Below, one piece after another: positions 37,346 to 49,534 of a stretch of DNA of 64,000 nucleotides. A model generated the notes under the pieces. It made no database searches and was not told the DNA's origin. It saw only the letters and a list, made by a program, of their open reading frames with translations. The stretch covers positions 4,784,404-4,848,403 of the forward strand of contig MU058718.1 of assembly GCA_013265495.1 (NCBI GenBank), read 5' to 3'. The DNA comes from Vicugna vicugna. Taxonomy: Eukaryota. Within the stretch, counting starts at the first letter, position 1. Every line of letters begins with the position of its first letter. The position numbers and the translations under genes were made by a program.

Positions 37346-38763
37346 TCATTATTTGAGTCTTTCTGAGTTAGGTTGTCCTCGTGTTCTTCCCACATCACCA
37401 GTATGTGTCATGAACACATTTATACTCTAAGATGAAGGAGAAACAGACATGCGAAAACATGCTGCTGAAAGTGGCAACCTCAGCAAACAGCTAATGTATC
37501 TGTTCTAGAGAAGTGATAGGTTTAAGAAACCCTCGAGACTGAGTAGGACTCAGGGACTGCTGCCTGTGTCTAACTGCCATGAACTTTTCTATGCCCTCTG
37601 TTTATAAACAGAAACATCTGCTTTATAATAATGCTCACTTCCCTTACAGTACAGTACTTAAGTGAAATTATCAAACTTTTATTTCATGGTTTTAGAGAAT
37701 TTTAGTGCTCAGAGAGTTAAAGAAATGGTGGCAGGTCTCTGTGCTGGTGTCGTATGATGGGGATGTCTTTGTGGTCCTTTGTCCATGAGATTTAATCCTG
37801 TTCTCTAGGTATATTGGTGTTTCTGTTCTTATGTCTTATTCCTGTTGAATTGTGGTTTCAAACGCTTTCCATTTATTCCCATGGTACTTTGGGCTAGCCA
37901 GAAATCTCTAAGGACACGTACTCCTTTCAATTAATATTTCCCAGAGTGCTATAATTCACGTAACTCTTTGATAACCAGACAGTGATTCCTGATCATGATG
38001 TTTGAGACATTTTAGATTGTCTCCAGTTATCTGCAGGGATGCAAAGAATTTAACATTTTCTAATCAAATGTGTTAGAATTTGTTCATTATTATTTTAAAC
38101 ATAGGATGAATTATCTGTATATGACTGAAAAACTCAGTGAGGGGCCAGTACCCCTTATTTGCTTTAATTGCAAGTAACTTTGGCCACTATTCAAAGTGCC
38201 CGTTGCGACTTGTAGCAATGTAATGTTTTAAATGAGAACTTGAATTCTTAGAGAACCTGAAATACAGGACTGTGTCCAGTAGGTTTTATCGTACGTGTCT
38301 TTGTATTTGGGGGTTTCTATTACACATAAGGTTGTTGGCTAGTAATTTTATAATCTGCTGATGGAATAAAAATATGTACATTAGCCCCATTACAGGACTT
38401 CCTTCAGTTACATCCCATTCGGTTCTCTCTCTGACCCACATATATAGGTGTGGATAATTGGAGTAACTGAAAGTTCCTATTCCTACATCGTTTTACCTGT
38501 GGCAGCAATGTGCTCATCAAGATTATGTAATAAAGAGGTTCTCTAGTGACAATGCTGGGTATACCCGTTGGGCATCATCTTAGAGAAGATGAGTTTTAAC
38601 CATGAAATCTGAATATCATAAGGGCAAATATAGAAATAAAGTGTGAACTTAAGAATAAGGGCCATTTCTGTCTCATTCACAGTTGGATCCCAATATGTGA
38701 CACATATTAGGTGCTCAAAATGTTTGAATGAATGGATTCACTTGTAAAAGGGGTGTTTAGCAA

Positions 38764-39006
38764 CAGGCTCTCAGACATAGAGAACAAACTTGTGGTTACC
38801 AGAGACTAAAGGGGGTGGGAAGGGATTAATTGGGAATTCAAAATTTGCATCTCTTGGGGAGTGATGCAAGTGTTAGCCATCTTGATTTCATGGTGATTTC
38901 ATTGATGTAGATGCATCTATCAAAATTCATCAAATTTTGCGTCTGAAATATGTGTAGTTTACTGTACAGGAATCATATCACAATAGAGGTGTTAAAAAGA
39001 AATAAA
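38764..39006 (+). mobile_element. Chimeric L1 insertion (camelid 3'UTR piece plus L1MC/MD-type tail) with 19-bp TSD
   Basis: 38764-38849 matches the L1 at 6620 (CAGACATAGAGAACAAACTTGTGGTTACC...ATTTGCA); 38850-39006 resembles an old L1M 3' end; TSD TAAAAGGG[G/A]TGTTTAGCAA at 38745-38763 / 39007-39025. Confidence 0.8.
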
Positions 39007-40164
39007 TAAAAGGGATGTTTAGCAAGATGCTGGACATGGGATAGATTTTCAGAAAGTATTCGTTGATCTAGATGTGAGCCTTGGACCTTCACACGTGGAA
39101 ACTGGAACAGCTTCCTAAGGCTTGGATGTAGGTGTGGCTTCCAGTGGGGACCGAGTTAGGTTAGACATAAATTTTTCATTTATTCTTCTTTCTTCCTCTC
39201 CTTCGTCCCGTTTGCTCCATTTATTACCATCTTGCTGTTGCAGCCGGCTAATCCAAAACCCTTTGTGATTCAATACCTTGAACTTCCTCCCATAGTATCT
39301 TTTAAATTTACATCCCAAAACTCACTGTGAAGTGACTGCTTCAATTCTGGACTCTGCCCAGTGCCTAAAATAGTGTGAGTCCTAAAAATACATGCACTCT
39401 GCCAAAAAAGTTTACTACATACTCAGTAGAAGCTTTAAACTCTCCCTCAAAAGTTAGAGAGAGTTGGCTCAATGGCAAAAGCAAATTTATTTAAATACCT
39501 TTTTTACACTCGTTTCATAATAGTAACATTTTATCTTTTTTTACAGTGATTTATAGGCAGTGGAGCAGACCAGGGGAGTTGTGGAAAAAAAGCAATTAAC
39601 GAATAAAGAAAAAAGTACCACTAGTGAAGGGGAAAAAAAATCTTCTGAAAGCGAAAGAAGAGAGAATAATTGATGGTTCCATTTTAGCTTAATGTTATTT
39701 CCGGATCTCTTTTATAATGTGTTATTTACTGCATAGTTTATAGTTGACAGAAAATAAACAGCATTTGCAATATAATGTCTTTAGCTCTGCCATGCACTTG
39801 CTCATTCCACTTGCCTGTCAAACTAGAACTTCAGCCAACATCCGTCAAAGTCTCCTGTGATGGAGTCTGTTTTTAATAAGCCCGGCACTATAATTACCTT
39901 ATTGCAAAGTTAAAGCCAAATGACACTTATGATGAAGGTTTCATGGCTAAACAGTAAAGTCACTGAAGCATACGCGTACCAACTGTCAGACAGGAAATAG
40001 CTGTTCCAGGATTTGTTTCTTTATTGCTTGACGAGGGTCACTTCATTTGTACTTGGAAACTTTGTCCCAGCTACAACAGGTAGGAGAGAAGCGAAAAGAA
40101 TGAGTGTCATGGAAAATGACTTAGAAAGATAACCATTATTCATAAATTTTTGAGAAGACTAATT

Positions 40165-40380
40165 ACTGGGTGTCTGTGCTCAGAAACACATCTGTGTTGG
40201 GTGTTTCCACAAATACTTTTTAACCTCAAACTCCCTGACAATCCAAAGAGTTGAAGCATTGTCTGAATGTCACAAGTGAGGAGTCTGAGGCTCTGAGAGT
40301 TTTAAACTATGTGCTTGAGGCTACCCAGATGGTGAGTGATAAAACAAAGTCGCGAACCCAGTCTGGATTATTCAAAGTGA
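40165..40380 (-). mobile_element. MIR
   Basis: CACAAGTGAGGAGTCTGAGGCTCTGAGAG...TGAGGCTACCCAGATGGTGAGTG...GAACCCAGTCTG. Confidence 0.75.
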
Positions 40381-42454
40381 GATGAAGTTGGCCCTTTATG
40401 TTGTAGCTGCCATATTGGGAGGAGTTTGGCCTCACACGGTCCAGACTGTGGTCTGAGTGGAAGTGGAATGCAGTTTAGACGTGTCCACATGCTGAGCTTC
40501 TGAAAGTAAGAAGGCAGGAGACACACTCAGATAAATGATCCCTGTCTGTATTTTATGGCAAAGATCTGTCTCTGGTTGATGTTGTTTGAAGTTGTACATT
40601 TCTGTGACAATCCCAACCAATTGTGAATTGATATGTCAGTGAACTTCGCATCACACGTAGCATCTTTCACCAAGGAAGCTCTGGAAATAAATGGAGTCTT
40701 GCTCTTCATCTTAGCCTGTGTGGATGACAGTGACAAAATGTGTGTCTGAAAGCTTAGGAGCATCATTTTTATTTAATAGATGAGACTCAGTGAATCGTTG
40801 AATCATTCGACTCACTCTGAGCCCCCAGGCTCCTAAACCTGGGATACTCTTTCTCCATCCAACCTCTCAAAGCAGAAATATGAGGCTTCATTTCTGCCCC
40901 TTTCTCGAATTACTTCTGGGCAATGGGAAAAATATCAGATTCTTTTTCCAGTTCTCTTGAGGGTTAATGTTGCATCAACCTCAAGAATCTCTCTGCGGGC
41001 ACATCTGGGAAGAGGAGGGCCCCGTAGTGGCTCTGCTTCTCAGTGGAGGGCTTGACCTCGGTGGCACCAGACTGGTAATTAATTTACTAAGCAAGTAGGG
41101 TATTTTGATTATCAGGAGTAACTCCTTACAAGGGCAGGGTTTTCAAAGAATGAATGGATAAAGGGTAAAAACACCTGGTTGACTCACAGTCATGTGGTTA
41201 CAAAATCTGTGTTAAAAAAAAATTGTGTTTCAGGCTGTGGGAATTGACATCCGTGTGTTGCCCTGCTATATTGGCAAAGATGGTAACTGTTGAAATAGAA
41301 CTGTCGGCTCTTGGGTGGCATCTTGGTACAACGCCTAAGAATGGCCTCTGCTGAGCCATCAAATACTGTGCAACATACAAAGGACGGCGAGGAAGTCAGC
41401 TAACACGTGGGTGGTTGGAAAGCTGGCGTCCTTCCTCACTATGCAGAACACTTACTATTCTCCACCTCCACTCCTCCCCTTAGTGGGTTGCTTCTAAGTT
41501 TGGGTGGGGAAGAGGGTCTGAGGGTTGGAGTAATCTGGGGAGCTTCAGGACTGGTTTGACTTGCTTTTAGTGGTCCATGGAAGGGGGATCTGGCCCTCGA
41601 TTTTCTGCAGATTTCTCTAAAAGGTAGAGTACTGGAATGTCTCTGTCATCAGCTTTGTCTTCATGTCACCATTTCTGAGACAATAGTCTAAGTTCTCTCT
41701 CAACAATTTGCTATATTCACATGTTGTACCCAGAAACTTTGAGATTTCCTGTCATTTCTACTAAGAATACAAGTATTGTATCTACAGTTTTCAGACTTGG
41801 TAGCTTTTCACGTTCCACTACATCCTCCAGCCACATGTAATCCCTTTGCAGTGTTAAACTTGCTCATGGCTAGAACAAATGCATACCTGATGTAAACAGG
41901 ATGGAGTTACTTTCAAAAGAGCATCATTGGTGAGGAGCTTGTGGGGGTGCATTCAGGCCAGTGTCAGAGGGAGAGTGGATTCACTTCTGTTTGTGCCTCT
42001 CGCTTGGATTTAAGAATCATCAAATAGTTTTGTGTGTTATTTCCATCCTCAACATCCAGACCAGGTACAACAATAAAATAATTAAAAAAAAAACATTTAT
42101 GCAAACATATATCATGAGGAATAATCATAGCTACACCAAGGGCCAGAGATGAGCAGTATTAAAAAACACACTGTTGTGAGTTTGGATGATTTGAGAGAGG
42201 CGTCTCAGTAGAGTCAAGGGCATGACTTGAGAGGCAGAGTGGCTGAGAAGGACAGTTCCTGGCTGTGGTGGGGGACAGGGACAGGGAGTGCCAGAGCAAA
42301 TGCCTGGGATCAACCAGGCCCTATCATGCAATGTCTGCATTGAATTTTAAAACTAGTAACCTGTAATTACTATTCAAAATAAGATTATAATGGTCACTTA
42401 ATACCTCCATATTAATGCATACACTTTAAGTTTATGGACACCATTTTTAGTGTT

Positions 42455-42651
42455 CTATTGAAGAATATTTCTTAAAGTCACACCAGAATCACCTGGAATG
42501 TTTTGGGGAAGCAAACAAGCAAGCTTATTTCTGGGTCCTTTCCCGAACTTTCTAGATCTGAAACTCTTTGGGTGCAGCCCAGGATTCTGCATTTAAAATA
42601 GTCTCCAGAGACGATTCCTATCCTCACTCAAGTTGGAGGCTCACTGGTATA
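42455..42651. mobile_element. MER5A/B-like MITE
   Basis: CACCAGAATCACCTGG...GCCCAGGATTCTGCATTTAAAATAGTCTCCAG...CACTCAAGTTGGAGGCTCACTG. Confidence 0.75.
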
Positions 42652-44154
42652 GAATAAGCTGCAAGTTCATGTGTATTTATAATGAAAGCGACTTAGGGAA
42701 ATGGTACTGTGTAATAGAAATCTTGTCACGTGAGGGCTAAATGTTGCTGGTAAGTGGCTCTTCTTGCATCTCAGTGTTGTCAAGAAGGTATCATTTGGCT
42801 TCTTCAGGCAGAGCCTTCTGGGATGGAGTCTGTATGGATTTGGGGCCTGGACCTCAGCTTTGCATATGGAGAAATTAAATTGGATATATTTGCCTCCAGG
42901 GAGGCTGACTCATGCTAATAATTCACAAGAGACTTCCTGATTGACCAGAATACTGCTTTACTAATTTGTGGTAGAAGTTATGTCTGACTCAAGAGCCAGG
43001 ACCACGGTGTTGAGCCCCGAGGAGAGACGATACAGTTCAACAAGGGACTCAGTGAACAAAAAGTTGTCACAGCACTTTGAGTTCGAGTCTCCTCTTTCTA
43101 GACTGGACTCTCCTTGAGTGTTCCATTCTGGTACTCTCGTCATGTACTGCAGTGCCTGCTGCAAAGTCAGCCCTTAACAGAGAGCTGCTGAATGAACAAG
43201 CGATTCTCAGCCAAGGGGATCAGATAATTGGGAGGCATATCTAGGTTGATTTAGGCCAGTAGGATGGCTTGCTCTTCCACAGACCAGGGGATATTTCTGT
43301 CTGTTAAGAGTATCCTCTATCCTGGGCATTGGTGGAAACGGACACATTCTTATTTCACACTCTCCTTTACCCCTCTCTATGCAGACACCTGCCCTATGTT
43401 TTATATATATAGCTTTGTCGCACATTATCAAGGCAAATTCTGAGTAGGTAACTCTTTCTTGATTTGTTTAATAAGTTATATGTCAGTTGCTTGACTGATG
43501 CCAACCCTGACTGCCTTATTAAATATGAGCATTACTGTAAACTCATTTAAATAAACACTCTTTTTGGTGGCTTTTTAATTTCTCACTTCAGAGAATAGAA
43601 TATTTCTGGCCTTGCTTTCATATTCTGGGACATTTTTATTTTCAGTTTTATAGTCACTCGTAACAGATTGTCTCTAGTGTTTGTGATGAACTTTTACTTA
43701 TTTGTGCAGAAGTTTTTAAACAAGATTAACCAGTGGAAGATGCACAAGGACAGTGCTGTGAAAATTTTAAGTTAGGGAAAGAGTTAAATTGTTCAAAAGG
43801 ACAATGCATGTTTTCTATCAAACATACGCTTGGGCATTTATACATAGGGTGATTTCTCCCTAGGCTGAAATCTAGACAGTAAAACCCTCTTAAAGGGATG
43901 TAAACCTCTTATCTTGTTGATTCTTGTAGAGATGGGCCTTTCTCATAACCTTCACATACTTGAAAATACTTTAAAATTCTGACATCATAGTCTGCCTTCT
44001 CATCCTCCTCACTGTCTGAACTTACCTGAAAGACTTGGAAGAAAGAAAACAATCTGAAGAGGAACTTCTCCAAGAAAAGAACATTTTCGTTGCTGAGAAA
44101 TTGATAAGAGCTTTAAAATATGTCATATGTGGAAAAAACTTATAATGACTGAAT

Positions 44155-44222
44155 ATCTATCTACCTATCATCTGTCTGCCTGCCTGTCTGTCTGCCTGTC
44201 TGTCTGTCTGTCTCTCTCTCTC
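44155..44222. repeat. (TCTA)n(TCTG/CCTG)n(TC)n compound microsatellite
   Basis: Seen directly in the sequence. Confidence 0.9.
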
Positions 44223-45637
44223 AATCTAGCAGAGACTCTTTTTTCATTTAAACAGCAAGATCTCACCAGGTCATAATTTCAAGCCATTTGGACTAGAGAA
44301 CAGGAAGTTTGTGTGTGTATGTGTGTATAAATATATGTATTTATAATATCTGAAAACATTGAAGCATTGAAACTCAATGAGGTTTGCATATAATGTAGTA
44401 AAGTATCTTGTCAGAGTGGAAAATGAACAAGATGAAGTCAATTTTCTTTACCTGTTGGTGAATAGGTTAGTTTTACTAAAGAACACAGGCAAATTTTTAA
44501 TCAAAATAAGGTATAAAAATAACTTCTCAATTTTTCAATTTGCCTATTTCATAATAAAAGAAAAATATGAAAATAATTTCTGTCCAGATTTCTTTATGGG
44601 ATTTTCCCCCCTTTATTTATTATTTCTCCTTTTGATTGTGACTCAGCCAATTAAAACTATAAAAGTGCAAGTTCAGAAAGTGATGACGTGCATAAAATGC
44701 CAGACTAGTAGTAATGGATGAACCAAAAAAAATTTTTTTTTCTCTATGATAGAATTAATTGTGCATTTTTTTCCCCTGATGGCTTTGTGAGTTACTGGAT
44801 TTCCTTATTAGAGGTTATTCAATAAATTGTTGGGTGCATTGTCAGTGACTTATTACATTTTCATCACTGGAAAATATAGCAAATAGCATGTTAGGAAACA
44901 TTTAGTAAAAGAGCATCTACATCTATTAGTGCTGTTGTTTTTTCTTTCTTTTTTTTTTTTTTAAGAAGAAAAGAATCCAAAGATGTTTTCATGGGTTGCC
45001 TTTGTGTGCGAGTCTATTAAGAGCTAGGTGTTTCCGCTGCCCACATCTTGGTAGGTGATTGCAATTAAGGGTGGCATTGAAATACTGTAATTTCATAAAT
45101 GCCTTAATTGACTAAGCAGCAGGAATTTACTGAGCTTTTATGAGATGCTTGGTAAGGTCTTGGGCATGTGGGGGAGGAAGGTGAGTTTCAAATAGACCTG
45201 AATGAATTGAAAACAAACTGCTTGTCCAAAAGTGTTCTTGGAGTTTTGGGCATGAGAATCTCAGCCCCAGGACTCTCCTGAAAATCCTTGCCATGCAGTA
45301 ATTCCCTGGACAATGTTTTTGTTCATCTCTGTGAACTCTGTGAAAGTACATTCTCTTTTGTGAAACTATTGAAAGGGAAACCAAGAAGCACCCCTGGGGA
45401 GGAGAATCTGGAGTTGGAACTGAGACATGTCCTGATTGAACATGTCCCATTGTTTTAAACATAGTTCAGTTCGTTAAATTCCAGAGGTCTCATCACGTGG
45501 TTAAAAAAACAAAAAGATTAATGATGGATGCTAAGCCTAGATTGGATCTTAAATCTAAATAAAGTTGACTCTATTGGGGGCTGCTTTTCAATCCATATTT
45601 CTGATTAGTTAGTAAGTTCCTTGCCATTGTTATAACG

Positions 45638-45770
45638 CTACTATATATAAAATAGATAAACAAGGAACTTCTGTATAGCACAGAGAACTATGTTCAGTAT
45701 CTTGTAGTAACTGTTAACTGAATCACTTTGCTGTACATCTGAAACATTGTAAATTTTTTAATTTAAAAAA
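45638..45770 (+). mobile_element. Camelid-type L1 3' end, internally deleted
   Basis: CTACTATATATAAAATAGATAAACAAG...GTATAGCACAGAGAACTAT...AACTGAATCACTTTGCTGTACATCTGAAAC. Confidence 0.85.
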
Positions 45771-47029
45771 GACCGCAAAAAGAACTTTTGAGACAAAAAA
45801 ATTAATGGGGTTTAAATAGCTGGTTTCCTGATTATGTGACCCATAATTGAAGGTGTATGACATCTTGACTATGGAAGTTCAGGGGCAAGAACATTTAGTG
45901 TGCACTGGACAATCACAGAGGCTTGATAAGATAGATTGTCAGCGAGGCTCTGAAATATGGCCGCTGTTTTGGATAGACTCAGAGGGCAGGCACACAGGGG
46001 GAGAGAGTAACAGAGGTGAAAGCATAGAGCTGGAAATGTGAATTGTGATGTGTGTGTGTGTGTAAAAGGACTTGATAGGAAAGCAGTTTCCAGTGAACAC
46101 AGACCATGGGGCTTGATGCTCTGTGGTAGAGGGCTTTGAGGGCTTGCAAGAGAAGTAGAGAAGGTTGCATTCAGCAAGGTAGGCAAAAAGTTGCATTGTA
46201 AATTACTGAAGGAGCGAAAGAGGGCCACAAAGAGTGTTCTGACCTAATGGTTGGAACAAATGGGAGAGATTGAAGTCAGTTTTATTATAGGGAGAGAAAC
46301 CAATTAGTGGGCCTGCCCCCAAATCTGCATGGCTCTAATTCTATTTTCTTTCACATATTTGATGCAAATGGAGGCCCCTGGTCAGCTGCCTGACCCCATC
46401 GTCTTCCCACCCTGGCTCAGTGCGGTCTTGCAGGGACCTCTCGTCTGTGGCTGTGGATGCCCCAGCACGCAAGCCCAGGCTTTGTCTCCCACCTCGACCC
46501 TACCCTGAAACAATGGCCCTGAGGACGTGCCACCTGTGGTGGTGTCTGCCCTCGGGAGAAGGGACCAAGGGAGAGGCTTGTGTAGGTTCAGCTCAGGGGT
46601 GTTTGGGCACCTGAGGTGAAATCCAGAAAGGGAAGCACAGCTCCAGGTGGACTCATTGGCTTGGCCCCAAGTCCTCTCATCCTGTGGGGATGGGCTTGGC
46701 GGGGAGGGCCAGAGCAGGGTCCACACAACAGGGTCCAAGTCTGAAGCCTCAGCTGCCCTGCTCTCGGTGCCATGTTTCTGGTTAGTGCTTTACACCCGGA
46801 GGCATTATGAGTCGCATGGAGGCATCTTGACCCTCTTTTTTGTTCTTTTAATGAACTTTCACAAAACATTTGCTACATTTTTGTGAAAACCACTTCTTAG
46901 GACAAACGAAGGAAGCAGCTCCTTATTCTTCCTGAACGTCTCACCTCATTTCTTATGATTTCCTCAACAGGAGAAGGGCAGAGAGGCAGGCTCAAGTCCT
47001 GTCAATTTCCCAGGCAGAGCTTTCGTATT

Positions 47030-48090
47030 ATTCTTTCACTTATTCAGGAATTTATAGAACACCTTTCTTGTAGAGCATCTTTCAGGCACTGTACTGAGTA
47101 GATCCTGCCACTATAAGCAAAATAGGCACTGCTTTTTTTTCCAAGGAACTTAAACACTAGAAGGGAGGCAGACTTTAAATAATCAAAAGATCGCACTGAT
47201 TAATGTAATTAATGATAATGCATATAATTACAAAAGATACAACTAAAGAATATGACCCACACTGAGAGGTTAGAGAAGGCTTCCTTGAAGGAGTGATTAT
47301 TATTGAATAAATTGAGAAGTGAGAATTTTTTTTTTACAGGGGGCACAGCTATTGGTAAGATCATAGAGGCATATTGACTGTTCAAGGACCCATAGGAATG
47401 CAAAGATGGAGGAGAAACAGAAGGGTGCAGAGTAACAACTGGCAGCAGGCAGAATATGTAGATGATTTAAAGAACATGGAAGTTATTAAAAGGTCTTTAT
47501 TCTAAAAGTAATAGTAAGCTGTGGGAAGACTTATTTAAAGGGGCTTTGATGACATAGATTGTATATTGAAAACCTCTCTCTGGCCACATTGAAGAGAATA
47601 CGTTGGAAGGGAGGCAGGGGGCATGTGAGGAGACCAGTTAGGAGGCTGTTGTAGTAGTAAGGAAAAGATAAATAGCTTGAATGAGAGGTGATAACAATGG
47701 AGATGGGGAGAAGTAGATGGATTTGAACACTATTTAAGAGGCAAAATAAGTCAGACTTGTAGACAGGATATTCCAAAGATGATTCTCAAAGATCAGCCCT
47801 AGGACTTTTATCCTTGTCAACATTTAGTGGCTGGTAAACCAGAAGGAGCCTACAAATAAATGTGAGAGGAAGCAGCTAGAGGACCAGGAGAGTGTCATCC
47901 AGAGGCCAGAAGAAGATAGATTTCAAGAACAATGTTTCTGAGATAATAAATCAAATGGAGAGGGAGAAACATCCTTTGGATTTGACAATGCACAGATCAC
48001 TGGTAACCCTAGCAATGACTGTATCTGTAAAGTGATGGCGGAGCCAAAATCAGTGGGTCAAGAGGAAATGGGTAAAGTAAATATGGGTAA
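47030..48090 (-). mobile_element. L2 fragment (about 1 kb)
   Basis: AGAGAAGGCTTCCTTGAAGGAGTGA; CTCTCTGGCCACATTGAAGAGAAT; GGAGACCAGTTAGGAGGCTGTTG; CCTTTGGATTTGACAATG. Confidence 0.85.
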
Positions 48091-49009
48091 TTCCAGAAAT
48101 TTGCCTGAGAAATGAAGATGAGATAAAGGTCTATATGAATGTGAAGGAGGATTTTTTTTTTTCTTTAAGATCACAGCAGTCTGATGTTTACATTTTCATG
48201 GAGAAAGACCCAAGAGAGAGAGAAAGAAGTTGAATACACTGCAGAGGGAGGCCTCTCCTTGTCTCCGCCAAGGGTAGTCATTATTTCATGAAGACTTGCT
48301 GTTCGCTGGAAAAATTCAGAGGGTAAGACTTTGGAACTTTGAAGCAATAGCGATAGGGCTAGGGATTTTCCCGAGGCAGAAAGAACATCAAGGAGGGAAT
48401 GACAGCTCTGATAATTAAAGGACTGATTTACATTCATACCTTCCATTGTTTTGCAACCGCAGCAGAGCTTGCCATTATGCTGAGTGGGGATGTGACTGCT
48501 ATAGACCTTTTTCAGAGTCTTTCACTCCTGGGGCTCCCCGGAACGGTGCGACGGTAGGTATCTGTGCTGGTTTCTGAAGCTTGACTTACTTCCATTGAAA
48601 TCACAGGGAGAATGTTATTTGACTTATGAAAGGAGTTAGTCAGCCATTCACCTAATTTTGGAAGAGTGACAGGAATAGGGGGAAAGAAAAAGGATATTGA
48701 ACCAGAACGGTACAACTTGCAAGTTATCGAGATGTCTGAGGAAGATAAAAACTTTTTTAATACTTAGAGTCATAATTCATTTAAATGAAGTTAAAAAAAA
48801 TCAGTTTTCAAGACAATGCAAACTCACTAATGCAGACAAACTTTAGAGTGGATATCTTTTTAAAAATTTGAACTATAGAATAATACAGAAATCTAGGTTA
48901 GCTACTTTAAATCCTTATTAAAATGAGCAAGGATATGAAAAAGAAAAAGCGTATATTTCTTTTAAGTATATGAAGTTACTCTGTAACTATTAAAGCAAAT
49001 CATTAGCAT

Positions 49010-49528
49010 TTCTGTTTACTAAGGTGGTGTGACAAATTTGTGTTGTCATGGTGTAACCGTCCATTGTTATCTCATAGTTTCTGTGGGACAAAAGTCAGGG
49101 GTGAGTTAGCTAGGTTTACTGCTCAGGGTCTCACAAAACTGAAGTGAAGGTGTTGGCCAGGGTTGTGATCTTATCTGGAGCTTGGGCTCCTCCTCCAAGC
49201 TTCTTCTGGTTGTAGTTATAGGACTGAGGCCCCATTTTGTTACTGATTTTCAGCTGGGGCGACTCTCAGCTCCTCAGGGCTGCCTGCCATTCCTGGCCAT
49301 GTGGCCTTTTCTGTAATATAAGAGTTTGTTCCGTCAAGGCCTTCAGAAGAGTATCTGTTGCAACTCTGAATCTCTCTGTCTTCTTTTGTCTCTGAGCCCT
49401 AGACCCTCTTTTTAAAAGGCTCATCTGATTAGGCCAGACTGACCCGCACTCAAGAGGAGGGGATTGTGTAAGGTGTGCACACAGCAGGCAAGACTCTTGG
49501 GAGCCATCTTAGAATTCTGTCTCCCACA
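49010..49528 (-). mobile_element. MaLR solo LTR, MLT1E-like
   Basis: TTATCTCATAGTTTCTGTGGG; GCTCAGGGTCTCACAA; AAAGGCTCATCTGATTAGGCCAG; terminal GGAGCCATCTTAGAATTCTGTCTCCCACA. Confidence 0.85.
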
Positions 49529-49534
49529 AATGGT

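Noticed and set aside
42961..43164. Minus-strand ORF with protein-like composition
   Set aside because: Unrecognised and has no convincing donor site
48461..48554. Plus-strand candidate exon ending ACG|gtaggt
   Set aside because: More than one open frame, none recognisable; typical cryptic splice signals
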